Part shown: positions 1 through 13,159 of the stretch, piece after piece
How the letters are laid out: each line of letters starts with the position of its first letter
Numbering within the stretch: the first letter of the stretch is position 1
From: Haplodiscus bocki
Lineage: Eukaryota
NCBI GenBank assembly: GCA_965655095.1
Contig: CBFHFQ010000299.1
Span: 1 to 64,000, forward strand
Direction: 5' to 3'
Length of the DNA: 64,000 nt
The notes under the pieces: model-generated
The model's input: only the letters and a program-made list of their open reading frames with translations
Told to the model about the DNA's origin: nothing
Database searches by the model: none
Made by a program: the position numbers and the translations under genes

Positions 1-329
1 GGTAAAGAAAGACGAAGGAAAGAATTGACGAACGGTCTTAACGAATGCTCGGTTTTTTGGACTCAACTAATTGGTCAGCAACTTCAAAAAACCATTTTTG
101 GGAAATCAATTTCTCAACTTGCAACTAATGTTGTGAAATACTTACCTATACTTAGCTCTCATATCAACAAAACTCGAAGGAAACCACCCTGTGGGATGGG
201 GGTCCGCTCTCGTTTAGACTTCTCAAACTTTTAGTGTCTACATACCTTAACTTGTCACCCGAGTTTCAACTTGGAAACATTTTTCTTGTGAAACGACATT
301 TTCTACGATCGATTCAGTGAAATGACCAA

Positions 330-3300
330 GAAACGAAATCTGTCGGAAATTTCAGTTAGGAAGGTCGCAAAGCTAACTTGGACTCTCTTGAGAAGCCTGC
401 AACACCTGACACTATTTTAAAAGTGTCGGAATCAACAATGGAGCCCACGATGTCATAAGAAGGGGTCAATGCATTGCGCTGGCTCTGTCCAGATTGTGAT
501 GAAAAAAAAACCATCGGTCTCTTAGTGTTCTTTCCACAACATGCTGAAAAGCGGTATGCAATCAGTTAGGAATTGGTGCAGAAGAAATAAAAGTTGTCAA
601 ATCTCGTCACAAAGTTTAGAGAGTTGGGCATAAAGAAGAAAGTGAATTAATTTGATGGAGTTAACAAATGCTTGCGACCAAAAAATCAATACTTGCAAGA
701 AACAGTTTTCAGGATATCACCCAAAGATGTTCGGGCAAAAATCGAAAAAAAAAACAATTACTCTAATTTTTTTCCAGAAAAAATTTCAGGCGATAATGAT
801 CCTTTGAACACGTAATATTCAACTGTCAGAATACGAGCCAGAATTTTTGTTCGAATTTCAAAAAAAATATCCTAAAGACTTGTCTCAGGAAAATGTTTGG
901 TCCAAATTGTTGCTCAAGATTGGTAAAAATCAGTTTCGAAGACACCAACCATAAGTTTTACCCCCAAATCTAAAATCTTCAAAAAAAAATCCGATAAAAA
1001 AATCACCCAAGTACAAGGTGTTCCTCAGTACAAATGGAAACAAATTTTGAGAGCACCAGACAAATTTTCTCGTTCAGAATTAGAGCTTTAGGTCTTTAGC
1101 TCTAATTTTTTGACAAAGTAATCGCCCAAGTTGATTTGAAACGAGGCGATTAGAAGAGACGTTTGTTTTTTTTTGCTTTGACTCCAGCCATGGGACAGGA
1201 AAACTTTGCTATCCCTTCGTCACTGATTCATGATTATTTCATTACTGATTTATAATTTTGAGTTGGAGTTGATTTTGAGTAGTTGGAGGCACGCTAGCTT
1301 CAACGTCAAAAAACCATTGAGAACATCGATGAAACGTTGAAGTAACATCAAATTCATGAATGTTTACGTTATTCGTTGTAGAACTGATGCATCATTGATG
1401 ATATTGACAATAATATTAAGGAAGCATCGTTGTTACCAATGTGTTTTGGACCGACGTTGCAACGGAGCCAAAAAAATCTCAAATGGACTTATCGATGATA
1501 TCTGGATAACTGCGAAAATTAGAAAAACACTTAATATGGTGGGCATCTTTGTGAGAAGTCTAACTGTGATGACGAAAAGAAGGGTCTGATACACAGTATC
1601 AAGGGAGTTTTTGCTCACACGAGAGACCACGGATGCAAGCATTTGTTGATAATGGGCGACCTGAACAGCAGACATCGGATGAAGTGAGATCTTTCTGAAA
1701 AAACATATGGAACCAAAATACGAGAAGTTATTTTCGAACAGAAGCTTTTTGTATATTTAATTCCACTGCAATGGATTCCAGGTCGAAAAGTCTAGCCAAA
1801 AAAAGGACCGAAACCTGAATTCGAGTACAACTTCGAACTTTATCCGAGGGTACTAAGTCGACGCCATTACCCGTTAATTGTGCATTTCCCCTACTAATGA
1901 ACAGAAGTTACAGAAAAGTATTCGAGGCTGACGAAAAATAGTTTGGAGCCAGACACTAGATGCTAACATGAACAGAGATTTTGAGGAATCAAAACAAAAT
2001 GGTCTAGAGATATGGGAGAAAGTAAAGAACGCTTTTCACACTACCAACGAAATCATGGTACCTACAAAAACAATAAACAAAAACTCTACAACATCCTGGA
2101 CTCAAGTGTCGCCTGAAGTATCAGAAGAACAAAGCCAAATTTGGACGTCCTATGGTGGCGGTCCTGCGCAAAAAATGACAACAAATTGAAAACATATAAG
2201 GGATTTGTGAAAAAGAGCCGGAAGCGGCATGGGGAAAATGATTTGAATTTCAAACAGTATCATTAAACCGCTAAAACTCCAAACTCCAAAATGTTCAGGA
2301 AAAAAAACAGAAAAGTTGTTGTGTCAACAGATCAAGCAACACTCAGTGCAATTGATGGTTATGGTACAAAAGTGATGGAAGACGGTGAAAAACCAGATTT
2401 CTTGGGTTTTTCAGGAAAACATCGACAAGAAAAACATTTTGATGAACATTTCCTGAAACGAATCATAACGAAAGAGAGTGATTTTCTGAAATATGAGAAA
2501 AAAAGCAGCAAGGATGAAGAAGAAATCGAAGAATTTGACTTTGAAGGCGCAGTTTTAGAGATATTTATAGATCAAAAATCAAAGGACCCCAAAAGTATCC
2601 ACCCTCTATGTCGGAAAAAGATGGGAAAGAAAATGAAAGAGGCGCTCCTCAAGGTGTTCACGAAAACGGTTTTTGAGGAAATTTGACCTTTGGAGAGGAA
2701 CGTAGTTGCATTTTTCCCAAAAGCTGACTAGGAATGTTCTTTGAGCACCAAGAGCTTCGTCCAACCAAAGTAATTTTATGTTGGAGAGCTGTTTTATTGT
2801 GTTCTAGAGAAAGGAATTTTGAAAACTTTTTAGGAAAATGACATGGAACAAAAAAGACAAGAGGGTTTCAGGAAAAACGAATCAGCCGCAAGGTACTTGA
2901 CACAAATTTTGGCAGATGTTCAAGACTCTTTACTTTCACGTTCAGGAAAGTCACTGATAGGATTGATGGTCAAAATGGTGACAGCATAGGAAAGTGTGTG
3001 GTAATATGTTCACCAGATGAAACTATTAGAGAAGAAAATCAGAGGTCCATTTCGAAAAGTAATTAGTGACTTCTTATTGAAGCGGAATTTTTTTGAGCTA
3101 TAATCGGAAGCGGTGGCGCAAGAAGTTTTGATTGAACGGAATTCTTCATTCTTTGGTAGAGCAGGTTGTTTTGAAGCAAGATAACTTACAGCAGGCAGCG
3201 TGGTTTTGAAGATGTTGTATTGCGGGAAGGCTGCGATGAGAGAACATTTAGCAAGTAACGCTTTCTCGCTGAAGTGAAGTGCAAAAACATGAACTTCAAA

Positions 3301-3960
3301 ATAGAGCGTTGTAGGATGGATGCCAAATCAAGGCATATTGCCAATGCATAATGAAGAGAACTGATCATTCAGGGTTTCAAAATTGGGAATTCAAGAGTGA
3401 AATAGTAAAAAATCCTGAAAAATGAATCACGTATGATTAATATTATAAATGTCACAAAGTAGGACATATTGCAAATCAATATCAAAACACGAAGAGATGC
3501 AATAAACGTCCAAAAGGGGAGGCATGGAAAATGAATTGCAATCTGACAAACAATAGTGATTTCAAAAGCGCAATTTGTAAAAAAAATCATCTTGCCCTCT
3601 CAAATCAATGTTCAGTCCTGCAGAAAAACAGGTAGAATTCACGAAAACAACAGCAAATTCGATATGATCAGAAATATAAGTCGAAAAGAAGCAGCAGAAA
3701 GAACGAATATTAAACTCAACGGTCCTGTCCTACTGCGGCAGATGGTGTCTCTTCTAACAGAGCAGTCTCTCTAGCCGCTTTCCAATTTGTGGTCTTGAAA
3801 ATCTTGTTCACGAAGTTTTTTTGCTGGAATGGAGAGTGAATGACTGAACACTTCATAATGAGGTGCTTCTTTTACCGTAATCTCCGAAACGAAATCAGAC
3901 CCAACACCTTGAATCACTTGAAAACTGCAAACTACAGAGACTTTTCGAAAAACACGATAG
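330..3960 (+). mobile_element. Highly decayed LINE (ORF1 PHD finger, APE endonuclease and RT remnants)
   Basis: Fragments read ACNT*HYFKSVGI...LRWLCPDCD (~395-500, PHD-like), IMGDLNSRH (~1649, APE GDxN motif) and QEGFRKNES (~2858, RT QxGFR motif). Many stops and frameshifts; ends approximate. Confidence 0.6.
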
Positions 3961-4399
3961 ATCATCTGAACGAAAAAAATAGATCGGGTTTTGAATAGCA
4001 GCTGAAAACAGACCGCAACCCTTATTTGAACTCCCTGTTGTGGTATTGCTGTGAAACGTCTTGCTAGTTATTCTGGCGTCTTCAGTTATTGTGGCATCAT
4101 TGTCAGAAAACGGTGGCCTTTCATTTAGAGTTTGATTTGATTACTGTCCATTTCTTTCTAAACAATGAACTTTAGAACTGTTCATCTGGTATTAAATGTG
4201 AAGAAAATTCAATTACCCAACTTTACAGACACTTCTGACTCCTCAAGGGACCTTCTTGCCTAGTCATTTTTTGACGAAACCGTGTAATTTGATTGTTCGC
4301 TCTTACGAGTAGTTTTACACGTTTCGCTGTCAAAACAACAAATGACCAAGATCCCGATTTGAGGACTTTACAACGTCCGGAGAGTGGAGACTTCTGTGC

Positions 4400-5310
4400 T
4401 TTCACAAATGTCTAAGAAAACTTCTGTGTAAATCAGCAGTCAGCCTGAACAGATTAAGTTGGGAAAAAAGAAAGAATGAGGTAATGGAAGGCTCCCTGGA
4501 AGGAGCAGGAAAGCATTGGATAGACAAAACATGCATCAAAAATTTCCCAAGTTCCCAAGTATTTAATACCTGATAATTTTGACAGTCTCACGAAAAATGA
4601 GCTTAAAGCTAATATAAAACGTATGTCACCTTTACATCGTCGACAATAAAGATCTATTTGAAATGTTCAACTAAATAAGGCTCTTTAAGAGCGTCCTCTA
4701 AGACAGTCACTGGTTTCCCTATGTCTCTGAATTTTGGTTCTTAAGGTCACAATTCAACAAACTGAACAGCTTTTTTGTGTACCTTTTTGGATGTCTTGAA
4801 AATACAATTCAATGTATTGTTTTTTATCAAGGCATTCAAATAAATAAACTTCCTCTTCAACCTTGGCTCACGGGATTTCGATCTCCATTTACCACTTTCA
4901 GCAGAACGTGTACTTTATTGCACATTTCTATCAGAACTGTGCGATAAATTGCAGCTATTGAAAAAAAGTTCCAAAAAGATCTTAACCCGAAAACAGAAAG
5001 CAGTTGAAGGACTTGAAAACGAGCTTACCCTAGTACGATAAAGAATGCAAAAGGCATGCATGCATGCAGCCAAACTTTTTATAGAACATGGAAAATCCAG
5101 ACATCTTGGTTGGAAAAATCCTGCAAAATTTGTCTGCACTTTGTAAAATTTTTGAAAAATCCTTCATTGTTTTAGTATTCATTTTGATGTTTTCGGGTCC
5201 AGAACACCGTTTCCTTCCTTTAAACGTAGACTGCAATCTTAAAAAAATTTCTGAGGGAAAATGTCAACAAAAAAAACTCATACTAAAATTTAAAGAAATA
5301 ATAATTTTTT
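4400..5310 (+). pseudogene. Possible hAT-type transposase remnant interrupted by Polinton 1 (may resume at ~24216-24500)
   Basis: FLSELCDKLQLLKKS (~4925) resembles the hAT FLxD(I/L)xxxLNxLNxSLQ block; KILVTAGSGSAEGG (~24335) loosely resembles the dimerisation-domain SAER motif. Weak. Confidence 0.25.
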
Positions 5311-5313
5311 ACA

Positions 5314-5875
5314 AGTAGTGTACAAAAAGGCATATGACACCAGACGCGGCGGCCGCACATCTTAACACAAAATAAAACAACAAAAAATTAATAGCAGAGT
5401 CCCTACACAGGGGTATATTTATAAAATAAAAAATAAAATAAAAAAGTAATTACTTATCAATGGGGTAGCACAAATTATGATAAAAATGAAGTGAAAGTAT
5501 ATAATTATGGGAAATTGAACAAATATGTTCAATTATACATTTATTTTATTTAATTTAAATTGTAGAAATTCCACTATATGTATGAATAATTTAAAAAATA
5601 AAACAAAAGATACAAACACTCTGTGTAGGATAACTCTGCTATGAATATTTTGTTGTTTTATTTTTTGTTAAAAAGTGCGATCCTTGCGACTGATGTCATA
5701 TGGCTTTTTGTACAGTACTAAGTCGTGACAGTATAAGATTTCTTTTTATTAGATAGAATTCTATTATGTTATCTTACATTTTTTTCTCCTCGTAATATAT
5801 ACTTTTCACATTTGTCATTATTTTTAACGTGTCTAGCCTTTTCAAATTTTTCTTTTACTTTTACAACCATTTAAT
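5314..5875 (+). repeat. Left TIR of Polinton 1 (~550 bp)
   Basis: Reverse complement aligns with ~23672-24209 (e.g. gtgtctagccttttcaaatttt vs aaaattttgaaaagactagacac); inner limit approximate. Confidence 0.9.
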
Positions 5876-6264
5876 AGTGTTGTTTTTTTCTGTTTTCTGA
5901 AGATGCATTTCAAATAAATCATTTCTTTAAATATTAGTTACATTGAGTTCACAAGTGATGAGAAAGTAGTTGCACAACTCATAGACGATAAATCAAATTG
6001 AAAAATACAGATTGAAATAGCCTCGAAATCATCACCCAAAACTCCTGTAAAATAAATTTAATCTTTTTAAATAACCAACGCAACTATCTTCTTCCCTAAT
6101 CACTTTCTCTCAGTAAAATATTCAGTAAAATACTCTCAAAAACATTTTCAATATCATTATCATAAATTTTTCAAAATTTTAGTATTCTTCTAATGGGTAT
6201 TGTTAATTATACATTTACGCGGCTGATTTAATTCATAAATAACATAAAAATTATAAAATTTTTA

Positions 6265-6480
6265 TTATGTTCTGCAAATAACACATCTTAATATATCAAT
6301 ATTACCTTTATTCTGATAGCATTGCTCACAAATACATTGATGACCACAATGTTTAAATACATAATCACTATCTCGCTCAAAGCATATAACACACTTCTAA
6401 TGTTCATATCTTCATCCATGGACACTGTTCAATAGACGGCCAACAACTATCGATCCTATTACAATCCATCATTTTTTTGA
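6265..6480 (-). pseudogene. RING-HC (C3HC4) finger protein, putative E3 ligase; missed by the ORF track
   Basis: 6396->6265 reads KCVICFERDSDYVFKHCGHQCICEQCYQNKGNIDILRCVICRT*, with all eight ligands; upstream frame has stops; 5' end approximate. Confidence 0.85.
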
Positions 6481-6600
6481 AACAATTCCAACTAGATTTT
6501 TTAAGGTTGATAATAAAACGGATCTAAATTACCATCTATTGAATTTAACAATGTACCTTGATTGACTTCATTATTTTCAATAAATTTTTAGTGATTTGAT

Positions 6601-7228
6601 ATGAAATATGTATATTCTTCTCCGAACGCAATAGTACAAGGCCATCGAGTCTTCACCAAGATTTATATCAAATATTAATTAAATGTTTTAGTAATTATAT
6701 ACCTGTTCACAAAATCCCAAATATTTTAAATGAAGAGGATACAGATGAAAAATTTACCGAAAATAAAGACTTTGAAAAACCAAAAACTGGAATAGAAACA
6801 TATGAATCGATAAAGGAATTAATAATTCTCCAGGAAGTTGAAAAAAAATATCATAATTATCTTAGATGGTTTGAAAGAAAAAGAAATCAACAACGATAAA
6901 ATACAAGCGATGTTTAAACGAGGACGTCATAATATATTATCTATATTTCTAATAAGTCAAGATTACTATGAATTACCAAAGAGAACGATTAGACCTAATG
7001 GCATTACCTATCACATTTTGAAACCAAACGTTTTCTTAGACGTTTGTAATCTTTATCAAGACAAAGCTTCCATGGATATGACATTAGATGAATTTAAATA
7101 CCTAACTAGTACTTGTTGGAATTACAAATATATTCCTCTAACTTTTGATATGACAACAGATAATTATACAGCTTGTTAGAGATTGGGATTAAATTCAATA
7201 TTTGTTCCAGATAGCAATCTTTTTTAAA
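6601..7228 (+). pseudogene. A32/FtsK-like DNA packaging ATPase (Walker A not intact)
   Basis: IIILDG (degenerate Walker B), MFKRGRH arginine-finger motif, ISQDYYELPKRTIR. Confidence 0.85.
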
Positions 7229-7375
7229 TATCATATACCTGTACGTGTACCCTTGTTTAAATACTCTTATAATTATACTTACGACCTAATTTTTATGAAT
7301 GTATAAATACTCAGATAATTGTAATTATGCTATTGTATAACTACTCAGATAAAGGTATGTATTTGAGTCTTATAA

Positions 7376-8074
7376 ATGAGTATTTATTCTAAGGTTACAG
7401 AACAAAATCAAGAGATAGTTCCTGTTGAAATTGATTCAGATAATTCAGAGGGTGATAATATAAGAGCTCTTCCAAACAGTTCCATTTTCAGTGATCCAAT
7501 GACAAAAACATTAGGGAGACTAATGTCTAGTTCCAATTCTCTAAAAATTAAAGCTTCTCCTTCTGGCGCAACAATTCTCTGAGTTCCTATATATACTCTA
7601 GGTGGTGATAAAATGAGAATACGTCATAATGATTATGAATTAACTCCTCAAGTTTGTAAAACGTTATGTTATACAGGATATACTGGTAAAAATATGAAAA
7701 AGAAAAATGATATTTTAATGATGATTAATATTATAAGAGATCAAGATTACACTGGTATTGGTGATAGACCATCAAATAGAAAAAATTTGTTCACAATAAC
7801 ACTCCCAAAAACAGTTGAAGAAATTCAAAACAAAACTTTTGATGAAATTACAGACGACTCTGATGATTTACAAGGAGAAGGAGTAAATATTATTTTACCC
7901 TGTAACATAATTGATATCTACACAAGACTTGAAATCTTACTCCGATTAAAACTGAGTGCCCATACTGATACCTCAACAGAAGCTGGTAACTTGATAGATG
8001 AATTATACAAGAGAGGTGAAATACTAAATGAACAACAAAATCGAAATGCTATCAAAAATTATTCTACCCTCTGA
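7376..8074 (+). pseudogene. Conserved Polinton protein of unknown function, likely core protein
   Basis: C-terminal IILPCNIIDIYTRLEILLRLKLSAHTD..EAGNLIDELYKRG matches the Polinton-type DPNEL..RL.LL....AGN block also seen at 51476-51742; one in-frame stop at 7580. Confidence 0.65.
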
Positions 8075-8860
8075 ACGGAACTACCTAGTAAACTATTAGA
8101 ACAAATAGCATTTAATACAAGACCTAAGATAGAAGAGCATATGCTAATTGTTTTTGGATAAGAGTACTCATGAAGAGCCTTTATCTCAACCATTTGAAAC
8201 TAATAAAAAACTTTTTAAAATTGCATTCACTTTCCTAACCGGTTATAATGGTACTTTCAAAATCACATATTCAAATAAAAAGTTTTATTGCAAGAAAACA
8301 ATTACTGGCGGAGTTGATTTTATTCAAAATAGTATAAAACCAGGTGTGTACGAAATCGAATCATTAAGTAACGAAATCAAGAGGATTATTATTGATAAAG
8401 GTCATTATAGTGAAAATGAAGATCCGTTCAGGATAAAACCAATTTTTTCAACACTCGGATCTAATATAGAAATATCACCACAAAGATCGATAATCAATTT
8501 TGTGTTTAACGATAGTATTACGAATGTTCTAAGATTTGATGAGGTTATATTATACAAAGAATATAATCTTTCACCTAATCCTGTTGATGTTTTATCATTT
8601 GATGAAATTTTTCTCGAATGTGATATTGCCAAAGGATAATTTTCAAAAGTAACAGAAGTGGTATCATTCATAATTGGACAATGACAGTTGATCCTGGTTA
8701 TAAAAACATCGAAATGTTTCGCGGTGGCGTGCAATGGTTTTTGCCGGAGACTAAAGATTTTATTTCAAGTATTAGTTTCAAATTAAAAAATGGAAACAAT
8801 GAATTCGTATCATTCAACGGCCAAACAATCACCTTCAGAATATCTATCAATGAAATATAA
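8075..8860 (+). pseudogene. Minor capsid (penton-like, single jelly-roll) protein
   Basis: PGVYEIESL, SPNPVDVLSFDEIFLECDIAKG, VDPGYK, ISSISFKLKNGNNEFVSFNGQTITFRISI are typical of Polinton mCP; one frameshift near 8640. Confidence 0.8.
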
Positions 8861-8879
8861 GTTAAATTAAATCTTATAA

Positions 8880-9040
8880 ATGCTGAAGTTTTTTTAAAAA
8901 ACCAAGATATAACCCTAAATTTAAAATTAAATCAAAGACGGAAAAAATTAAATGTTGACTCATCAACCAATTTACCATCTATTCTACAAAACTTTAAACA
9001 AAAATTATTATCCGGAGAAGGATTTATTATATACAGGTAG
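8880..9040 (+). pseudogene. Small lysine-rich putative core protein
   Basis: TAAATG start, K-rich, ends LLSGEGFIIYR*; frameshifted. Confidence 0.4.
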
Positions 9041-9060
9041 ACGTTTTTTATATCTAGTAA

Positions 9061-10359
9061 ATGAGTGCTATAGATTTTCAACTAAAAGATGATGAGAAAA
9101 TTGACGATTCCATTTTAAAGCGAGATTTCATAAAAATTGACCATCAATCCGCAGCTGATGGTAATAACGGAAATTGAAATATTAAATTCTATTTCGGTGA
9201 AAATCATGATTTTATTCAAATTGGTAATGGGTAAATAGAATTTTATATAACAATTAGAAAAGATGAAAATGATAATTTAACCATCACTTCTCCCGGGCAT
9301 GATGTTATTAGATTAGTTAATAAGGCTTTCGCTTATACAATTCCCATGCACGAATATCTTTTTCTTCAGGAGTCGAAATCGAACAAAATAAATATGTCGG
9401 GCCTATTTGTACTTTAATGACATTAGTTACACAAAAAAATGGTGATTTATCTACATATTTTGATAGAATTGATGAGAGTGAGGCTGGAAGAGAAAATTCT
9501 TCATTAAAAAAATACTCATCAACAATCATACTGCAGATAATTGAGTTGTTATTAAAGGTCATCTTCCCTTAGAATATATTTTTGGTTCTGCAAAATCATT
9601 TGAAAAAATACCTAAAGGATTAGGATTTGAATTAGATCTACCAACATCAAATAGAAAACGGGACATCTTATATACAACCTTGGGAGATGATGATGTTAAT
9701 GTTACCATCAATTGCATTAGTCTGTTTTTCCCCAGTTAATACCATCCCCTGGAACTCAAGTAAATTCTAATGAAGCTATTTCAAAAACCTTTACATTATC
9801 CTGTGAGCCTTGGACGACTGAAAGAAAACCAATCGATACAGCTAGAGAATTTCAAACAGATATCAGTTCAGCATCAAATATCAATTCTCCTCCATACCTA
9901 AATGCTGCCCATCAGAGAACACAGAGGTCCGATCCTGCTGATCATACTATTAATCTTCCAAACAACAGATTCAACGGTGCTATTTTCGATCATAGTAAAG
10001 TAAGAAAATATTATTCGGAAATAGAGGGCGTTCGTTATCCAAAGAATCCAATCACGATTAATTATGATGATAACAATTATCTGGCTCATTATAGAGATTT
10101 AAAATTGTTTCATAAAGAGTACGCCGGTGAATCGCTTCTATCTCTTATTATAACATATGGTAACATGAAGACTTATTATCCTACACAAATGTTGGATCTT
10201 CGATTTCAAGTAGATCATATAGCACCAAAGAAAATAAGACATTTTGAAGAATATGATAAAAATCCAGGTAATACTACTTTATATGTAATCTTGATAAAAC
10301 CTAGAGAAATTAAAATGATTTCTGATGGTATTAAAATTATCAGTGTTGAAATTGTATAA
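9061..10359 (+). pseudogene. Major capsid protein (double jelly-roll)
   Basis: ~430 codons across frameshifts: DDSILKRDFIK, GVEIEQNKYVG, LPLEYIFG, GLGFEL, IEGVRYP, LDLRFQ, LYVILI; lies between mCP and protease. Confidence 0.85.
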
Positions 10360-10541
10360 ATATATTTATACTTGTATTGATTTGTACAGTTATAATAATA
10401 TTTATATTTCTATTCACATTGGAACAGGTGTAATTATACTGTATTGATTAATTACATTCAAAAAATATGTTAATTTATTCATACAAGAGTAGTAAATACA
10501 TTTGACTGAGTGAAATTGTAACATTATCTATCAACTACTAA

Positions 10542-10938
10542 ATGACAATACTTAGTTTGAAAGATTTTATGAAAGAATATAATTTGAAAAATGATACTAT
10601 GAATGAATCAGATTTATAAAGAGTTTATAATTGTAAAATTTATCCTGGAGATAGTAAAATAACAACATCTAAAGGATTCGTAAATATAGACATTGGATCT
10701 CAAGGAGGATCTCATTGGACATGTTTTATAATAAAAAATAACAAGTCACATTACTTTAACAGTTTCGGTGGTCAGCCAGATAATTTTCCTCTCAATGAAT
10801 TACCTAAACCCATGATATATCATAATTATAAAAATCAAGATTTATATTCCAAATTATGTGGCTCATACTGCTTATACTTTTTCTTTTTAATTGAAAGAAA
10901 GAATTCTTATGATACTATTTTAGAAATGTTTTTTTGAT
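10542..10938 (+). pseudogene. Adenain-like cysteine maturation protease; missed by the ORF track
   Basis: NIDIGSQGGSHWTC, YFNSFGG, NQDLYSKLCGSYCLYF give the His/Asp(Asn)/Gln/Cys arrangement; one in-frame stop. Confidence 0.9.
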
Positions 10939-11040
10939 AAAGTATTGTAAACGAATAATTCCAGTATGATATTTTCAGTACAAAAACCCTATTGAAAGTA
11001 ATGTTAACTTAAATCAATTTCGTAAACTTAAACTGCAAGA

Positions 11041-12674
11041 AATGTATTTGGTAACAGTTGTTCCTCATATGATAATGGTAATGAAATTGAAAGATCATTA
11101 TTTGTACAAAAACCTTTTTTGAGATCTATTTTTATAGAAAGTAATATAGAAGAAGACATTGACTTAATAAATCAAACTAGAATTAAAAATTTACCAGATC
11201 TTATGTCCATACGAGAAGCAGCTTCAAAAATTTATGTTGATAATTTTTTTTAATGATCCTAGTATAATAATAAACAACAATCTGCATATAGACATAGACC
11301 TGAAAGATAAAATATTGTCAACGTAGGTTTTATAGAAGTAATTCGTTTGCCAAAATTTGGTGATCAATTAACATCAAAACTATATGTTGATAAAAATATT
11401 AGAATCAATGTAGTGGAATCAACTTTATTGAGATTAGATCCCGATGAAAATTGGAATCTACATGAACAAGATTCAATAATTCTTAATTCTACTTCAACAT
11501 CACTGAAAACGATAATAGAAATAATTACTAAAAATTATGTTCATAATAAATTTAATGATCCTAGTATAATGAAAAACACCGCACACATAGATCGTAAAGA
11601 TAGAAATATTACCAACGCTAGATTTATACAGGTGAATCAATGGCCCCAGATCGATTCTCATTTAACACCAAAGCTATTTGTTGATGATGCTATAGTCGAA
11701 TTGTCATTAGTGAGAATTAATCAAGACAACAATTTTAACAATCACAACTTAACTATTATAAACATTATTATTTTGAATTTACAAGCAGAAAATGATATTC
11801 AAGTCATTACTAAGGCCTATGTAGATCAATTTTGCCAAGAAAATGAACGATCTAGACGAGATTTAGGTACAAAATTTTATGATGAATAAAGTGATTCAGT
11901 AAAAAACATTCAAGATATTGAGTTCAACGATAGTAAATTAATAAATTCTGATAGTGTTTCAGTTAATAGATATCTTAGTTCAGATAATGAACAAGAAAAC
12001 AAAAAATTTTTTGATGAATCTTTAGGCAGTGGTAAAAATTTAAGTTTTAATCAAACAGTACAAATATATCTCAAGGTTTCTGGTGGAAATGATACATAAA
12101 CTCCTACTAAAAATGATAAAATACAAGTAACTGATACTACAATAATAAAATATCCAATTACAGGTAATTATCTTCTACAGAATTGGGTTATAAAATGTAT
12201 TGTTAAAATTAATAATTGTTAAAAAACCAAAATTTATAAAATCAACAAAAACAAACAACCCAACAGGTTAATATGGGGCAGAGTCGTTATTTCCTATCGG
12301 TAATAGTTTTATGTATGTAGAGACATCATCTAATAATCATGGTAACAACGTATTTGTCAGCTTCGAACGAACTGATATTTTTCAGATTAGTAATATTACT
12401 TTCTATTATGATAGATTTTCAATTTTAACTAATGATTCATTGAAATCAATGGGTCGTGTTAGAATTCAATTGTTATTATAAGATAATACTTGGAGTACTC
12501 TATATAACATACCTAAAAATGATCGATGTAGTGATACATCAACCCAATGGACGAAAATAACTTTAATTTTTTTTTGCAGAAAATTAGGGGACTAAATTAA
12601 TTTATGATGAGATAGACAGTGCCCATGCTGATATGTGCTTCAGTAGTTTTAAAATAACAAGTTCTGTATTTTAA
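11041..12674 (+). pseudogene. Fibre/spike-like protein with repeated KxYVD units
   Basis: Repeats ASKIYVD, TSKLYVD, TKNYVH, TPKLFVD, TKAYVD and two FNDPSI..N..HID blocks, then a beta-rich C-terminus; includes ORF 11347-11889. Confidence 0.55.
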
Positions 12675-12918
12675 ATGAAATATGAAAACTATTTTGCAGA
12701 TATGTTTGAATCTATTCCTGATTACGGAAAAATAGTATTAATAATATTATTAATTCAAAATGGTGGTGATTTATTCAAGGAAAATGGTTTTTTGAAGAGT
12801 GATATTAATCGTTTAAATAAAGGGTTCAAATATATTTCACTTGAACAAAATGAAGAATACTTAGATTATATAAAAAACGAAGAAGAATCATAAATTGAAA
12901 AGGTCTTAAACAAGTAAA
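12675..12918 (+). pseudogene. Small hypothetical Polinton protein
   Basis: ORF 12675-12893 with TAAATG start abutting the fibre-gene stop; frame continues a few codons past a stop. Confidence 0.45.
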
Positions 12919-13159
12919 TAGAAGCTTGTTTTGCTGTAAAGTTTGAGGATATTAGACATGAAAGATCGTTTATATTATAACTGTCATTGACGGATCCTGA
13001 TACATTAAAACAAATCAAATTCCCAGATCTTGAAATAAATATTATAAAAAACGTAGCTTCAGAAAAATTACACATACAGCGAATATTAAAAAAGGAAGTA
13101 GCTATTGCTTTATTGCTTTACTCGAAGCAGAATTAGAATAGTTTTTTTTTGTTTAAAAA

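Noticed and set aside
5308-5313. Perfect 6 bp TSD for Polinton 1
   Set aside because: tttaca vs cgtaca (24210-24215) match at only 4 of 6; compatible with a decayed TSD but not proof.
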